Part shown: in pieces, positions 38,189 through 49,853 of the stretch
Position numbering within the stretch: position 1 is the stretch's first letter
How the letters are laid out: each line of letters begins with the position of its first letter
Source of the DNA: Haliotis rubra
Taxonomy: Eukaryota
Reading direction: 5' to 3'
Assembly (NCBI RefSeq): GCF_003918875.1
Contig: NW_025767162.1
Coordinates: 248,001 to 312,000 of the forward strand
Length of the DNA: 64,000 nt
The notes under the pieces: generated by a model
What the model was told of the DNA's origin: nothing
The model's input: only the letters and a program-made list of their open reading frames with translations
Database searches by the model: none
Translations under genes and position numbers: made by a program

Positions 38189-41100
38189 ACGAATCATATT
38201 ACGGTATATTTAGTGAGTGGGTAGTGAATTAAGTTTTAGGCCCGCTTTGATCACTGGTTACCCCACAGCATATTTAGACATTCTCTTGGTTCAGTGGTAT
38301 TAATTAATAATGCCTTTCATTATCCCAAAACCTGACAGATTGGAACTCTCATTTACACATCTCCATAACATCCAGGTTAACGGTGTTTAACTAAAAATGA
38401 ACCCACAGTAATAAAATTCAAAGCCCCGTAACGTTTTATCAGCTGAAGCATACTCTAGCGGGTCCGTAATCACCATGCCGTGAGTTAATAGGATAATATT
38501 CATACAAACAACGACTTCCGTTGCAATAACTCCCGGGGAGCTGTCTTGTAATGGATTTTATACTGTTGGACGATTTCCACGCGTGATGGATTGTTTGAGG
38601 CGGGGGGTTTCTTTTTTGTTTGTTATATTTGTTTCGTAATTGTGTTAATGATTTATTCTTCAGTCTTAATCGACCAAACAGTTATGATTCCCGCAATAAT
38701 TTACTTTTTTTGTTAGGAATCACACGAACATTTCCTGGCACGGCTTCCTGTCACGATTTTCGTTTCTTAGCGTGTTGATTGATTGACGTGTTATTACACA
38801 TCCAATACAAATAAAGAGGATCGACTAAGAACGATGATTTATAGGCAGGAGTTTTTTTGCTTTTGAGGCTATTTTGCTTCCATCTCGACGTTAAGTTCAG
38901 CATCAAAATTTAAGTGCTTGCATCTATCCAGGATGAATTATTCGAAAAAAGCATTGTTTCGTGTTCTATATATATATAATGCATATATAATGATATATAG
39001 TACACACTCCAATGGTATTGTTTCAGTCAATAGTCCAGAGCAAAATAGAATTGTTTCTGATTCAAAAGGGTAACATTATTTGTTCTCGTGTTGCAAAGTC
39101 GTTATTTGCAAAGCTGAAGATAAATATTGAAGTATTAATAATCTAGGTCCAACAAATGTTTTCACCATCAGTATTAGTTCCATGCCTTGGCCATAAAGCA
39201 GCGGATCTCAGTCCCACCCCCGAAATCATCAGTTTATTATCCACAATCCCAATCTACGTATGTACATAGCTAGGTGTACTACGTCACTCGTTCGGACAGT
39301 TTTACTGGGATGGTTAAAAGTGTGTTATCAGTCTCAGTGTAAAGTTCAATCCGGACTGATATTTTATGCCAACAGTAACCAAACATGTTCTCATCTTTCA
39401 GAATCGTTAATGCCAATGCAAGGAAAATATAAACCCTACAAGTGTATTCAGCAAAAGTATCTCCGGGTCGGAAGTTATCTTCAGCATTCCATGCTTGTCA
39501 TGGAGGGAAATGTGTTTCTAATGTGTAATGGGTGATGAGATCCCAACTGTGTAGATCGATGACTATGATGTTGATCACTGGTTTATTTACAAACTGCCGC
39601 CAAACAGCTGGGAGACTGTTGAGTGTAGCATTACACAGCTAGCAAACTACCAGTATTTGTTCTGTTTATTGTCCATGAGGCAACGAGGAACAACTCTTCC
39701 CCTCAAATTAGCACATCGTTGGCACAAAAAAACTGTGTCAAGGTCTCAGCTATTTGTACCACCTCACTCATGAAGCAAACTTAGAGAGATTGTGTCAGTG
39801 TGAGAGTGTGTTATCATTGTAAGTGGAATCTGTTTGCTCTCACAGAAGGTCAAACAAACTGGTGAGTTGTCAAGTAATGAACGAGGTCTTACACTTGATA
39901 TGAACTCTAACATTAAAGCACTGCCAACGTGTCGTGAGGTCATTATGGTAACCTTGAACGCTCTTGCGATGTACAACACAAACAATGTACTTTGTACAAC
40001 AAAGACACCGAGACTGTCTAATTAAGGAAAAATTACACGGCTGATACCATCACTTCTATATATTGATCCCAAAGCACTTGTCCATAAAACACTCGGCATC
40101 ATACAATGGAATGTTCACAATTCCTATGGTTATGGAACGTTTGATCTCAATTAGTCTGAACGTTGATTATCAAGCAAAAGGGGCTTTGAGTTTATGAGTC
40201 AGACAAAGATTATGATTTGAATTGTGTCTGATCGATCTTCGTCCTCAGATCCAGATGAGTCGCTGATATATTCTTAACCATACCATGCCAACCGCTGTCT
40301 ACCCCTTTCCAAACCAGGCTCCACCAATGTAGGTGCCACCAAAATGTAGTCATAATGATAATGGTGATTGATACTGCACATAAATACTGTAAGGCATTGT
40401 AGGTTATTGAGATTAGTGAGAGGAATAAGGGTTTGTTGAACAATATCATATCAATATCACAGCTTGGGACACAAGAACTGGGTTTAACACATCGTACCTA
40501 TGTTGAGAATTTTGCATGGGCACAAACAATCAAGTCTAAATACTGGACGACCCCATCGCTCCAACTTCATAGTAGCCTGTGAAGTGGCATCTGCACGACT
40601 ATTTTGCTTACATGCTCTCTCTTATTGAGTTACTGATAACATTTACTGATTGAAGGACATTTCCTCCATGCAATATTCTTTCCTATTTCCTATGGCTCGT
40701 AACCTCTGTGTTATTATAATTATCAGAGCAGGAGCATATCATAACTCATGACACACTCTGGGGAATTTATACCTGCATGAGATTTAACTGTAATGCTCAA
40801 TGTGATTCAGATCAAATGGTTCAGTGTAATGTCTATACGACCGGCCAAGCGTTACGACATTATTCATCTGTCATGGTTTGGTACCTTGCGGAATAATATA
40901 ATAGAACGCTGAAGTCTGATAGATAGCCCATTGTATGATATGCGTGAACTATCAGCTAGCCTTGATAATACGTGTGCTATGTACATAGGGCAGTCATTCA
41001 TCATGTATCTGTTTTATCAGTGTATACTAGGTCATAGCTCCATTTTCTTTCTCTAAAATGACAGGCATTGCAATATTTGTTCAAAGGGGCAAGACTGTCC

Positions 41101-44100
41101 TACGGACACCATCTATTCTCTGTAAATTTCGTTTAAAAAATTCATCATTCACTGGAAACAAAATTCACATTTATTTGGGTTTTTTGCGCGTGTTTGTTGT
41201 TTTGTCTTCTTCTTGTACTCTGTGAAAGTTAGAAGAATACAATGTTTCCAGGGCATTGTGAAGTCTTAAGGATGGGCAAGTATTTTGGGGTAAACTTTGG
41301 TAGCGAATTATTTTTTCTGGGATTTTCAGGAGTTGTCCGTCATATTCGGAGCTAAACTCTTTTTATTTGTAGACCTGCCACAAATATCTTGATTGATTTA
41401 TCCTAACAGCGTGATTTAATTCTCGTTCACCTCAGCTGCACAGATCGACGTTCAACTTTGCTTAGTTCTCCAACAGATGCTGTCAAATTGTTAGGATATT
41501 TTGTTTAAACCATTAGGATATTGATGTCACATTTTGCATTAACGCAGAAAACAATCATGAATAACAAGTTTGGAAGTTTTGTAAAGTAGATATTTTAATT
41601 TACAAAATATAAAATTCTATAGCAGTAATTAAAGACGACTAGTCATCATGTGAGCAACGTTTGTGATCAGTTTCCATTATATCCCCACGTAGCGATGTAT
41701 GGCAAATAGAATTGTCGACTGAAATGAAACAATTGCAAAAGTGATAGCCTGATGACTGTATCATACTCGCAATTGGAAATGTGAAAGGGTTTTGCACTAC
41801 ATAATGTTTGTCATTAAATTCCAAGGTTTAATTCATTCTTCTGTCAGCATTCAACATGCCTCTGATTCAGATTCGACAGGAAACCACCATCCACAAGACG
41901 TCCATACACTAATATTTAAAAAAAATAATGTTATCAAAATTTGTGTTTGTTCTGTTAAGCGTCGATCATGTGGATCGATCCTAGCAAAAGAGATTAGGTT
42001 ATAGAATGAGAGCAACTGTTCCACCATTTAAATGCCTCATGCGACAAGCAACGATTATGACTCAGATTCTTACCCTGAATCACCTCAGGATGATCACATG
42101 CACTTAACTCTCTTACAGGACCAGCTGAGCCAAGGATATTTCAGATTTGTTAGATCTAGACCTCGATGAAATATGCAATAACGTTACTAAGTAAAGAAAC
42201 GAGCTTGGTGCGATTGTCCTTCCATCCAACTGCACTCTTTCTGTGGACAACTTACATGTGTGTAACTAGGTTTACCCTACCCTGATCTTGTTGCTAGTCA
42301 GGACAGAATTAGTCGTCATTATACTTATCTTGCTTTGATGCTGTATACAGCCCAGATTAAAGGGTTCATTGATATGCCTGTACACATGTATTTGATTATT
42401 ATAAGATGAGTGGCTGGCTGGCTGGCTGAATGGATGGAAAGATGGATGGATAGATTTGTGAGGTGTGAGTGGGAGCAAGTACGAGGTAGATACGTAGTAC
42501 CTACGAGACAGATAATGATTTGTGAAACAATAACTAAGAACCAGTTATATGATAAATACACCGTAGATAACACATGAGGAAAATATGACATAGTTTTGAG
42601 ATCGTACGTGTGGCCTAGATCAGTCAGGGATTCAAGTAGGTCATTCGGTGGGAAAATGGTTCAATGGTGAAATCGAACACGATATATATTGAGATGTAAT
42701 CAATCGTTCTTTCTAAGACGTACTCACATACATTCATGATTGTCGAACCTTTTACCAATGTCTAACAAAGATATCACACTAATGCACTAAAGCATTATTA
42801 TCTGGATCCGTATAAATATCAATAATATTTGTCCTGTCACACACGTAAACTGCATAATCATGGTGTCGGAATTTTAGCTCTTAATGTTACATTGAAAGTG
42901 GCATACTTATGATATTTACTGGCTTCATATGACTTGGAGATATTATGGTGGATGGTGACTAAACTGGGTTGTCATTTTGTCATTTTGGCACAAACAGCAT
43001 CTAATTAGTTGGTCCCAGTTTGGTATCAAAACGGTATTTAGTATTAGGTAGAAAAAGATAAACGGTTAGTGACCCTCTGACCTCTCCTACTAGACTGTTT
43101 CCAGAAAGACGATGTGATAGAAACTGCGTTTGCCAATCCATCAAAGTGACAATAGTTTATCAGTCAATTACAGATGCCTAAAACAAGCACTAAAGACGCC
43201 ATGAACCTCAGATTTCAGTGTCCAAGGAAACATTGATAATACTGTTTCCCCATCACCTATTCCGAAGAAACTGAACTTAAGATAACAATATGAGCTGAAA
43301 GGGGAAAATTAAATTGTCCATTTAACAACAACGATGTCTGGACCGACAATGTGGTGTTTGCACAGACAACGGCTTAAGTAGTTAACTCATTTACAAACCA
43401 GCACACATCAAAAGAACACAAAATGAAGTGACGTTACTTTAATGTCAGTCGGGATTGTTGTGTTTGATGTTTCGTGTTTAATGTCTCCTAAAAGGATGTT
43501 CTTGACCCAAAGCAGATAATGTTAAAGACATCTTGCTTGTAATAAGTGATGTCCAAATCAGATATCATTTGAGTTGATTATTTGAAATAATGCTTGATGA
43601 AAGAAAGCTAATATAGAAACTGTTGCTTGTGGGCAAACGGTTACGCCTCCAGATATCCTTCATTGGGTTCGTATTTCTGTATATATTTTGATAAGCGTAC
43701 CTTGCCATGCAACAATCTCTGCAATATCAATTTCCACATTGTACATGGTACGTGGGTTGCAGTCGTCTGAGGCGCCGAGATTTACTGTGCAGTTTGCGTC
43801 TCGCGAGAACGCCAGAAACCCACAAGTACTTCTTTCGAAACCTGGTGCTTCGTGATAATGTTTCTGGTTTTGTAGATACTAAGCTGGTGCTTGAGGGTTT
43901 AACCAAAGTGGAAGACTTATGAGACATGCATCATTTCGGGTGTTTTGAGCCCCGAAGTGGCGTTAGACACACTCAGTAAATGGACGTTGTACCTGACAGA
44001 TGGTTGCAGGAAGAGAAACGATCCACGCCACTGTTGATGTTTCACTCTTTAATGTAAATGAGCTTTGTGCAGTACATATTGGAAATCCCTCAAGGCCCTA

Positions 44101-44487
44101 TTCAGGTAGGGGAATTGAATATGAAAACTGAAACACAGATGTTCATATGCTGTCATCTGACACACACAAAAAAACACAAAAAAAACACCAAATATTCACA
44201 AATAATGTTATATTCAGTGCGATAGTTTCCCGCCACCTTTAGCAAGATTCCAGCATTATCACGATACCAGAAATGGGCTTCACACATTGAATCCATGTGG
44301 GTAATCAAACCTGGGTCTTCGGTGTGACGAGCGATCGCTCTAACCTCTAGGCTACCCCATCGCCCCCGTTTTAGTTAGTCTTACTTACTTCTTTATTCAG
44401 TTGAGTAGTTTTGTATTGTCTCTCTTTATCCCAACATTTGACAAATTGGCACTGTCACTGATACATCACCATAACATCCAGGTTAAA

Positions 44488-44658
44488 GGGGGCGGTGGGG
44501 TAGCCTAGTGGTTAAAGCGTTGGCTCGTCACGCCGAGGATCCGGGTTCGATTCCCCACATGGGCACAATGTGTTAAGCCCATTTCTGGTGTCCCCCGCGG
44601 TGATATTGCTGGAATATTGCTAAAAGCGGTGTAAAACTAAACTCAGTCAGTCAGTCAG
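44488..44658 (+). mobile_element. tRNA-derived SINE family B, full length
   Basis: TSD TCCAGGTTAAA(GGG) on both sides. Duplicated with the unit at 59036-59206. Older antisense copies at ~44215-44367 and ~45065-45230. Confidence 0.9.
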
Positions 44659-46529
44659 TCCAGGTTAAAGGGACTTTTTTTAATCTGAACCCATATTGAT
44701 AAAATCCAACACCCCGTAACGTATTATCAGCTGATGTATACTACAGCGGGTCCCCAATCACCATGTAGTGAGTTAATGGGATAATTTGCATACAAACAAC
44801 GACTTCCGTTGCAATAACTCCAGTACTTGAGCTGTTGAACCAAAAAATAGAATCAGTTGCTGACGTTTTACTGATTAAGCCTCCTGATAACATCCGTAAC
44901 ATTATATTTCTGTATATATGTTGTTACGCTTATCTTAGCATGCAACACACTGAGCAATATTATGGTCCACTTTCTAAGATGCACATTGCAGAGACAGACG
45001 TTTAAAGTGCTGATATTCGCCGTGCTGACGCCCCGAACACCATACGAATCATATTACGGTATATTTAGTGAGTGGGTAGGTGAATTTAGTTTTAGGTCAC
45101 TTTTCTCAATATTCCGGCAATACCTCGGCGGGGGACACAAAAATGGGCTTTGCACATTATACGCATGTGGGGAAATCAATTCCGTCATATTGGCGCGACG
45201 AGCGAACGCTTTGATCTCTGGTTACCCCACAGCATATTTAGACATTCTCTTGGTTCAGTTGTATTAATTAATTATGCCTTTCATTATCCCAACACCTGAC
45301 AGATTGGAACTCTCATTTACACATCTCCATAACATCCAGGTTAACGGTGTTTAACTAAAAATGAACCCACAGTAATGAAATCCAAAGCCCCGTAACGTCT
45401 TATCAGCTGAAGCATACTCTAGCGGGTCCGTAATCACCATGCCATGAGTTAATAGGATAATATTCATACAAACAACGACTTCCGTTGCAATAACTCCCGG
45501 GGAGCTGTCTTGTAATGGATTTTATACTGTTGGACGATTTCCACGCGTGATGGATTGTTTGAGGCGGGAGGTTTATTTTGTGTTTGTTATATTTGTTTCG
45601 TAATTGTGTTAATGATTTATTCTTCAGTCTTAATCGACCAAACAGTTATGACTCCCGCAATATTTGACATTTGTTTGTCAGGAATCACAGAACATTTCCT
45701 AGCACGGCTTCCTGCCACGATTTTCGTCTTTTAGCCTGTTGATTGATTGACGTGTTATTACACATCCAACACAAATAAAGAGGATCGACTAAGAACGATG
45801 ATTTATAGGCAGGAGGCTTTTTGCTTTTAAGGGAATTTTAGCTTCAATCTCGACGTTAAGTTCAGCATGAAATTTAAGTGCTTGCATCTATCCAGGATGA
45901 ATTATTCGAAAATAACATTGTTTCGTGTTCTATATATCATATATAATGCGATATTATTTATTTCTGACTAAAGTATTCAAGTACACACTCCAATGACAAT
46001 GTTTCAGTTTTGTCAATAATTATTAGTCCAGAGCAACATAGAATTATTTCTGATTCAAAAGGGTAACATTATTTGTTCTAGTGTTGCAAAGTCGTTATTT
46101 GAAAAGCTGAGGATTAATATTGAAGTATTAATAATCCAGGTCCAACAAATGTATTCACCATCAGTATTAGTTCCATGCCTTGGCCATAAAGCAGCGGATC
46201 TCAGTCCCACCCCCGAAATCATCAGTTTATTATCCATAATCCCATCTTCGTGTGTATATATCTAAGTGTACTACGTCACTCGTTCGGACAGTTTACTGGG
46301 ATGGTTAAAAGTGTGTTATCACTCTCAGTATAAAGTTCAATCCGGACTGATTTGTTATGCGAACAGTAACCAAACATGTTCTCATCTTTCAGAATCGTTA
46401 ATCCCAATGCAAGGAAAATATAAACCCTACAATTGTATTCATCAAAATTCATCCGGGTCAGAAGTTATCTTCAGCATCCCATGCTTGTCATAGAGGGAAA
46501 TGTGTTTCTAATTTCTAATTTGTAATGAG

Positions 46530-46833
46530 GTGAGGTGAGGTGAGGTGAGGTGAAATTGGGTTTAACGTCGTACTTGAGAATATTTCGCTCATATGACGAC
46601 GTGCATGCGTGTGTATGTGTATGTGCGGCTGCTTGTACTAGCCCAGACTGAAGCTGGTTTTATAGTGCTAGCCCACTGAGATACCATGCCGCAGTGAAGC
46701 ATGAATACCCCACTCTGACACATTATACTGACTCCGAGCCGACCAGTCCTTGTTGTACCCATTAATGCCGAGCCCCAGACAGGGACCAACAAGTACCATA
46801 TTTTAACGTCTTTTGGTATGACGCAGTCGGGGA
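46530..46833 (-). mobile_element. SINE family A, 5'-truncated
   Basis: 15-bp TSD CTAATTTGTAATGAG at 46515-46529 and 46834-46848, with a (TGAGG)n tail. Confidence 0.9.
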
Positions 46834-48739
46834 CTAATTTGTAATGAGATCCCAACTGTGTAGATCGATGACTATGATGTTGATAACTGGTTTATTTACA
46901 AACTGTCGCCAAACAGCTGGGAAACTGCTGAGTGTAGCATTACACAGCTAGCAAACTACCAGTATTTGTTCTGTTTATTGTCCATGAGGCAACGAGTATC
47001 AACTCTTCCCCTCAAATTAGCACATCCTTGTCACAAAAAAACTCAATATGTGTCAAGGTCTCAGCTATTTGTACCAGCTCACTCATGCAGCAATCTTAAA
47101 GAGATTGTGTCAGTGTGTACAACAAAGACACTGAGAACTGGACAAAAGAACTGGGTTTAACACATTGTACCTATGTTGAGAATTTTGCATGGGACACAAA
47201 CAATCAAATCTAAATACTGGATTACCCCATCACTCCAACTTCATAGTAGCCTGTGAAGTGTTATCTGCACGGCTGTTTTGCTTACATGCTCTCTCTTATT
47301 GATTTGGTGATAACATTTACTGATTGAAGGACATTTCCTCCATGCAATATTCTTTCCGATGGCTCGTAACCTCTGTGTGATTATAATTACCAAAGCAGGA
47401 GCATATCATAAGTCAAGACACACTCTGGGGAAATTATACCTGCATGAGATTTTACTGTATTACTCACTGTGATTCAGATCAAACGGTTCAGTGTAATGTC
47501 TATACGACCGGCCAAGCGTTACGACATTATTCATCTGTCATGGTTTGGTACCTTGCGGAATAATATAATAGAACGCTGAAGTCTGATAGATAGCCCATTG
47601 TATGATATGCGTGAACTATCAGATAGCCTTGATAATATGTGTGCTATGTACATAGGGCAATCATTCATCATGTATCCGTTTTTTCACTGTATACTAGGTC
47701 ATAGCTCCATTTTCTTTCTGTAAAATGACAGGCATTGCAATATTTGTTCAAGGGGGCAAGACTCTCCCACGGACACCATCTTATTCTCGGTAAATTGCGT
47801 TTAAAAACACCATCATTCACTGAAACAAAATTCACATTTAGATTTTCAATTTTATGATTGTGCGTATGTATGATGTTGTATCTTCTTGTTTTTCCTTTTT
47901 TACTCTGTGAAAGTAAGAAGAATACAATGTTTCCAGGGCATTGAGAAGTCTTAAGGATGAGAAAGTATTTTGGGGTAAACCCTGGCAGCGAAATATTTTT
48001 CTCAGGGATTATCAGGAGTTGTCCTTCATATTCGGAGGTAATCTCTCTTTTTTTGTAGACCTCTCACAAGTATTTGATTGACTTATCCTGACAGCGTGAC
48101 TTGATTCTCGTTCACCTCAGCTGCACGGATCGTTTGTTTAGTTCTCCAATAGATGCTGTCAAACCACTAGGATATTTTGTTCAAACCATTAGGGTATTGA
48201 CATCACATTTTGCATTAACACAGAAAAAAAGAACATGAATAACAAGTTTTGTAAAGTAGATATTTTAATTTACAAAATATAAAATTCTATAGTAGTAATA
48301 TTTTTTAGAAAGACGAATTCATCATATAAGCAACGTTTGTGATCAGTTTCCATTACATCACCACGTCGGCCATTGTCGACTGAAATGAAACAATCGCAAA
48401 AGTGATAGCCTGATGACTGTATCATACTCGCAATTGAAAATGTGAAATGGTTTTGCACTACATAATGTTTGTCATTAAACTCCACGGTACAATTCATTCT
48501 TCTGTCAGCATTCAAGATGCCTCTGATTCAGATTCGACAGGAAACCACCATCCAGAAGACGTCCATACACTAAGATTTCTAAAAATTAAATGTTATCAAA
48601 ATATGTGTTTGTTCTGTTTAGAGGCGATCATGTGGATCGATCCTAGCAAAAGAGATAAGGTTATAGAATGAGAGCGACTGTTCCACCATATAAAAGCCTC
48701 ATGCGACAAGCAACGATTATGACTCAGATTCTTACCTTT

Positions 48740-49510
48740 TGTTGTAGACATAACAACAAGGTTTGTTCATTCTTGTACACGACGTTTTACTTCCTTTTTA
48801 TCATGATTATATACACCGCAGTGTTATTGCTTCTTGCATTCCTCCATATTGTCGGTTGTCGGTTCAAGCTAAAACATGATGGAAATGTTTTCTACTAACT
48901 TCACAGTACTAAATACCACTGAAAAATATTCCTCCAAGTTACAGAATAAATGTTACTCGGTAAATAAAGTATCCTCGGATTATGTTTTTGTGAATGAAAT
49001 ACACTTACTTTGGCTTTAGTTGCCAGAAACAAACATTACAAATACTTGTGTAATGCAACACGTTAAACATGGAAAATTGTGATTGATAAAGTCATGACAA
49101 GGTGTGAAATTGTTTCTGCAAGAACAACAGAAATTCCTACACTTCCAAAAACCCAAAACATGAGGATACTGTTCACTTATAACAGTCAAAATAACATAAA
49201 ACGTGACACTATTTTAGGCCAACCCACGTGTTCCTAACCTGGAAATAACTGCACATTTATGGCTTAATTTAACATGTTTAAGTGTATTATGTAACTGTAA
49301 TACATATATGTTGCGTACTACATGATTTGTAACTACAAAATTATACTTACAAAATTTGTAAACCCATCAAACTGTCTACACATCTTGTTGTCAACTTCAC
49401 CACCGCGAAGCACATGGCAAACCGCAGTTCCCACTTTTGAGTTACTCCCTTGCCCCTTGGGCATAAAAAATGTGGATCGCAATCCGGAAAAATTAAATCT
49501 TTCAGTTACA
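48740..49510 (-). repeat. 3' LTR (771 bp)
   Basis: Direct repeat of 55841-56613. Preceded on the minus strand by the PPT. Confidence 0.95.
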
Positions 49511-49524
49511 TTCCCGGCCCCTAA
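49511..49524 (-). other. Polypurine tract
   Basis: TTAGGGGCCGGGAA lies immediately 5' of the 3' LTR TGT on the minus strand. Confidence 0.8.
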
Positions 49525-49853
49525 ATGTGCAGCAAAATCTAAAAGCAAACATTTATCTCTTTAAATCATGAAAACACTTCAAATCATAAGCTTCATTCAA
49601 AATTTCCTGTTTTGCGCCATGTTCAGCAATATTCCAGCTATGCGACAGCTATCGGCGAAATCAAGCCAGGTACAGACACTCCAGTGGTTGACATCACGAG
49701 CAATCACCCAAGCAACACAATCATATGCATCAATGACCCCGCCAACAAGCATGGGCAACAGAAAATCAAAACAAAACGGGACCCAAAGTCCTCATTTGAT
49801 GAAACAAAATTAGTCTTACTGTCATAGTTCAATCACAGAATCTCTGCAATAGT

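Noticed and set aside
40860-40900. miR-96-like sequence TTTGGTACCTTGCGGAATAAT (also ~32392, ~47544)
   Set aside because: Seed mismatch, an extra base, and no pre-miRNA-length hairpin with the sequence on the 5' arm.
43707-43927. Basic 66-aa ORF (and twin at 58268) as a protamine- or histone-like gene
   Set aside because: It is retained only in the two very recent duplicates and is not conserved in the older paralog at ~37780-37910.
46055-46237. CUB-domain-like ORF (CWTWII..ILSF..F)
   Set aside because: Cys/Trp spacing is wrong, and paralogues have stops and frameshifts.
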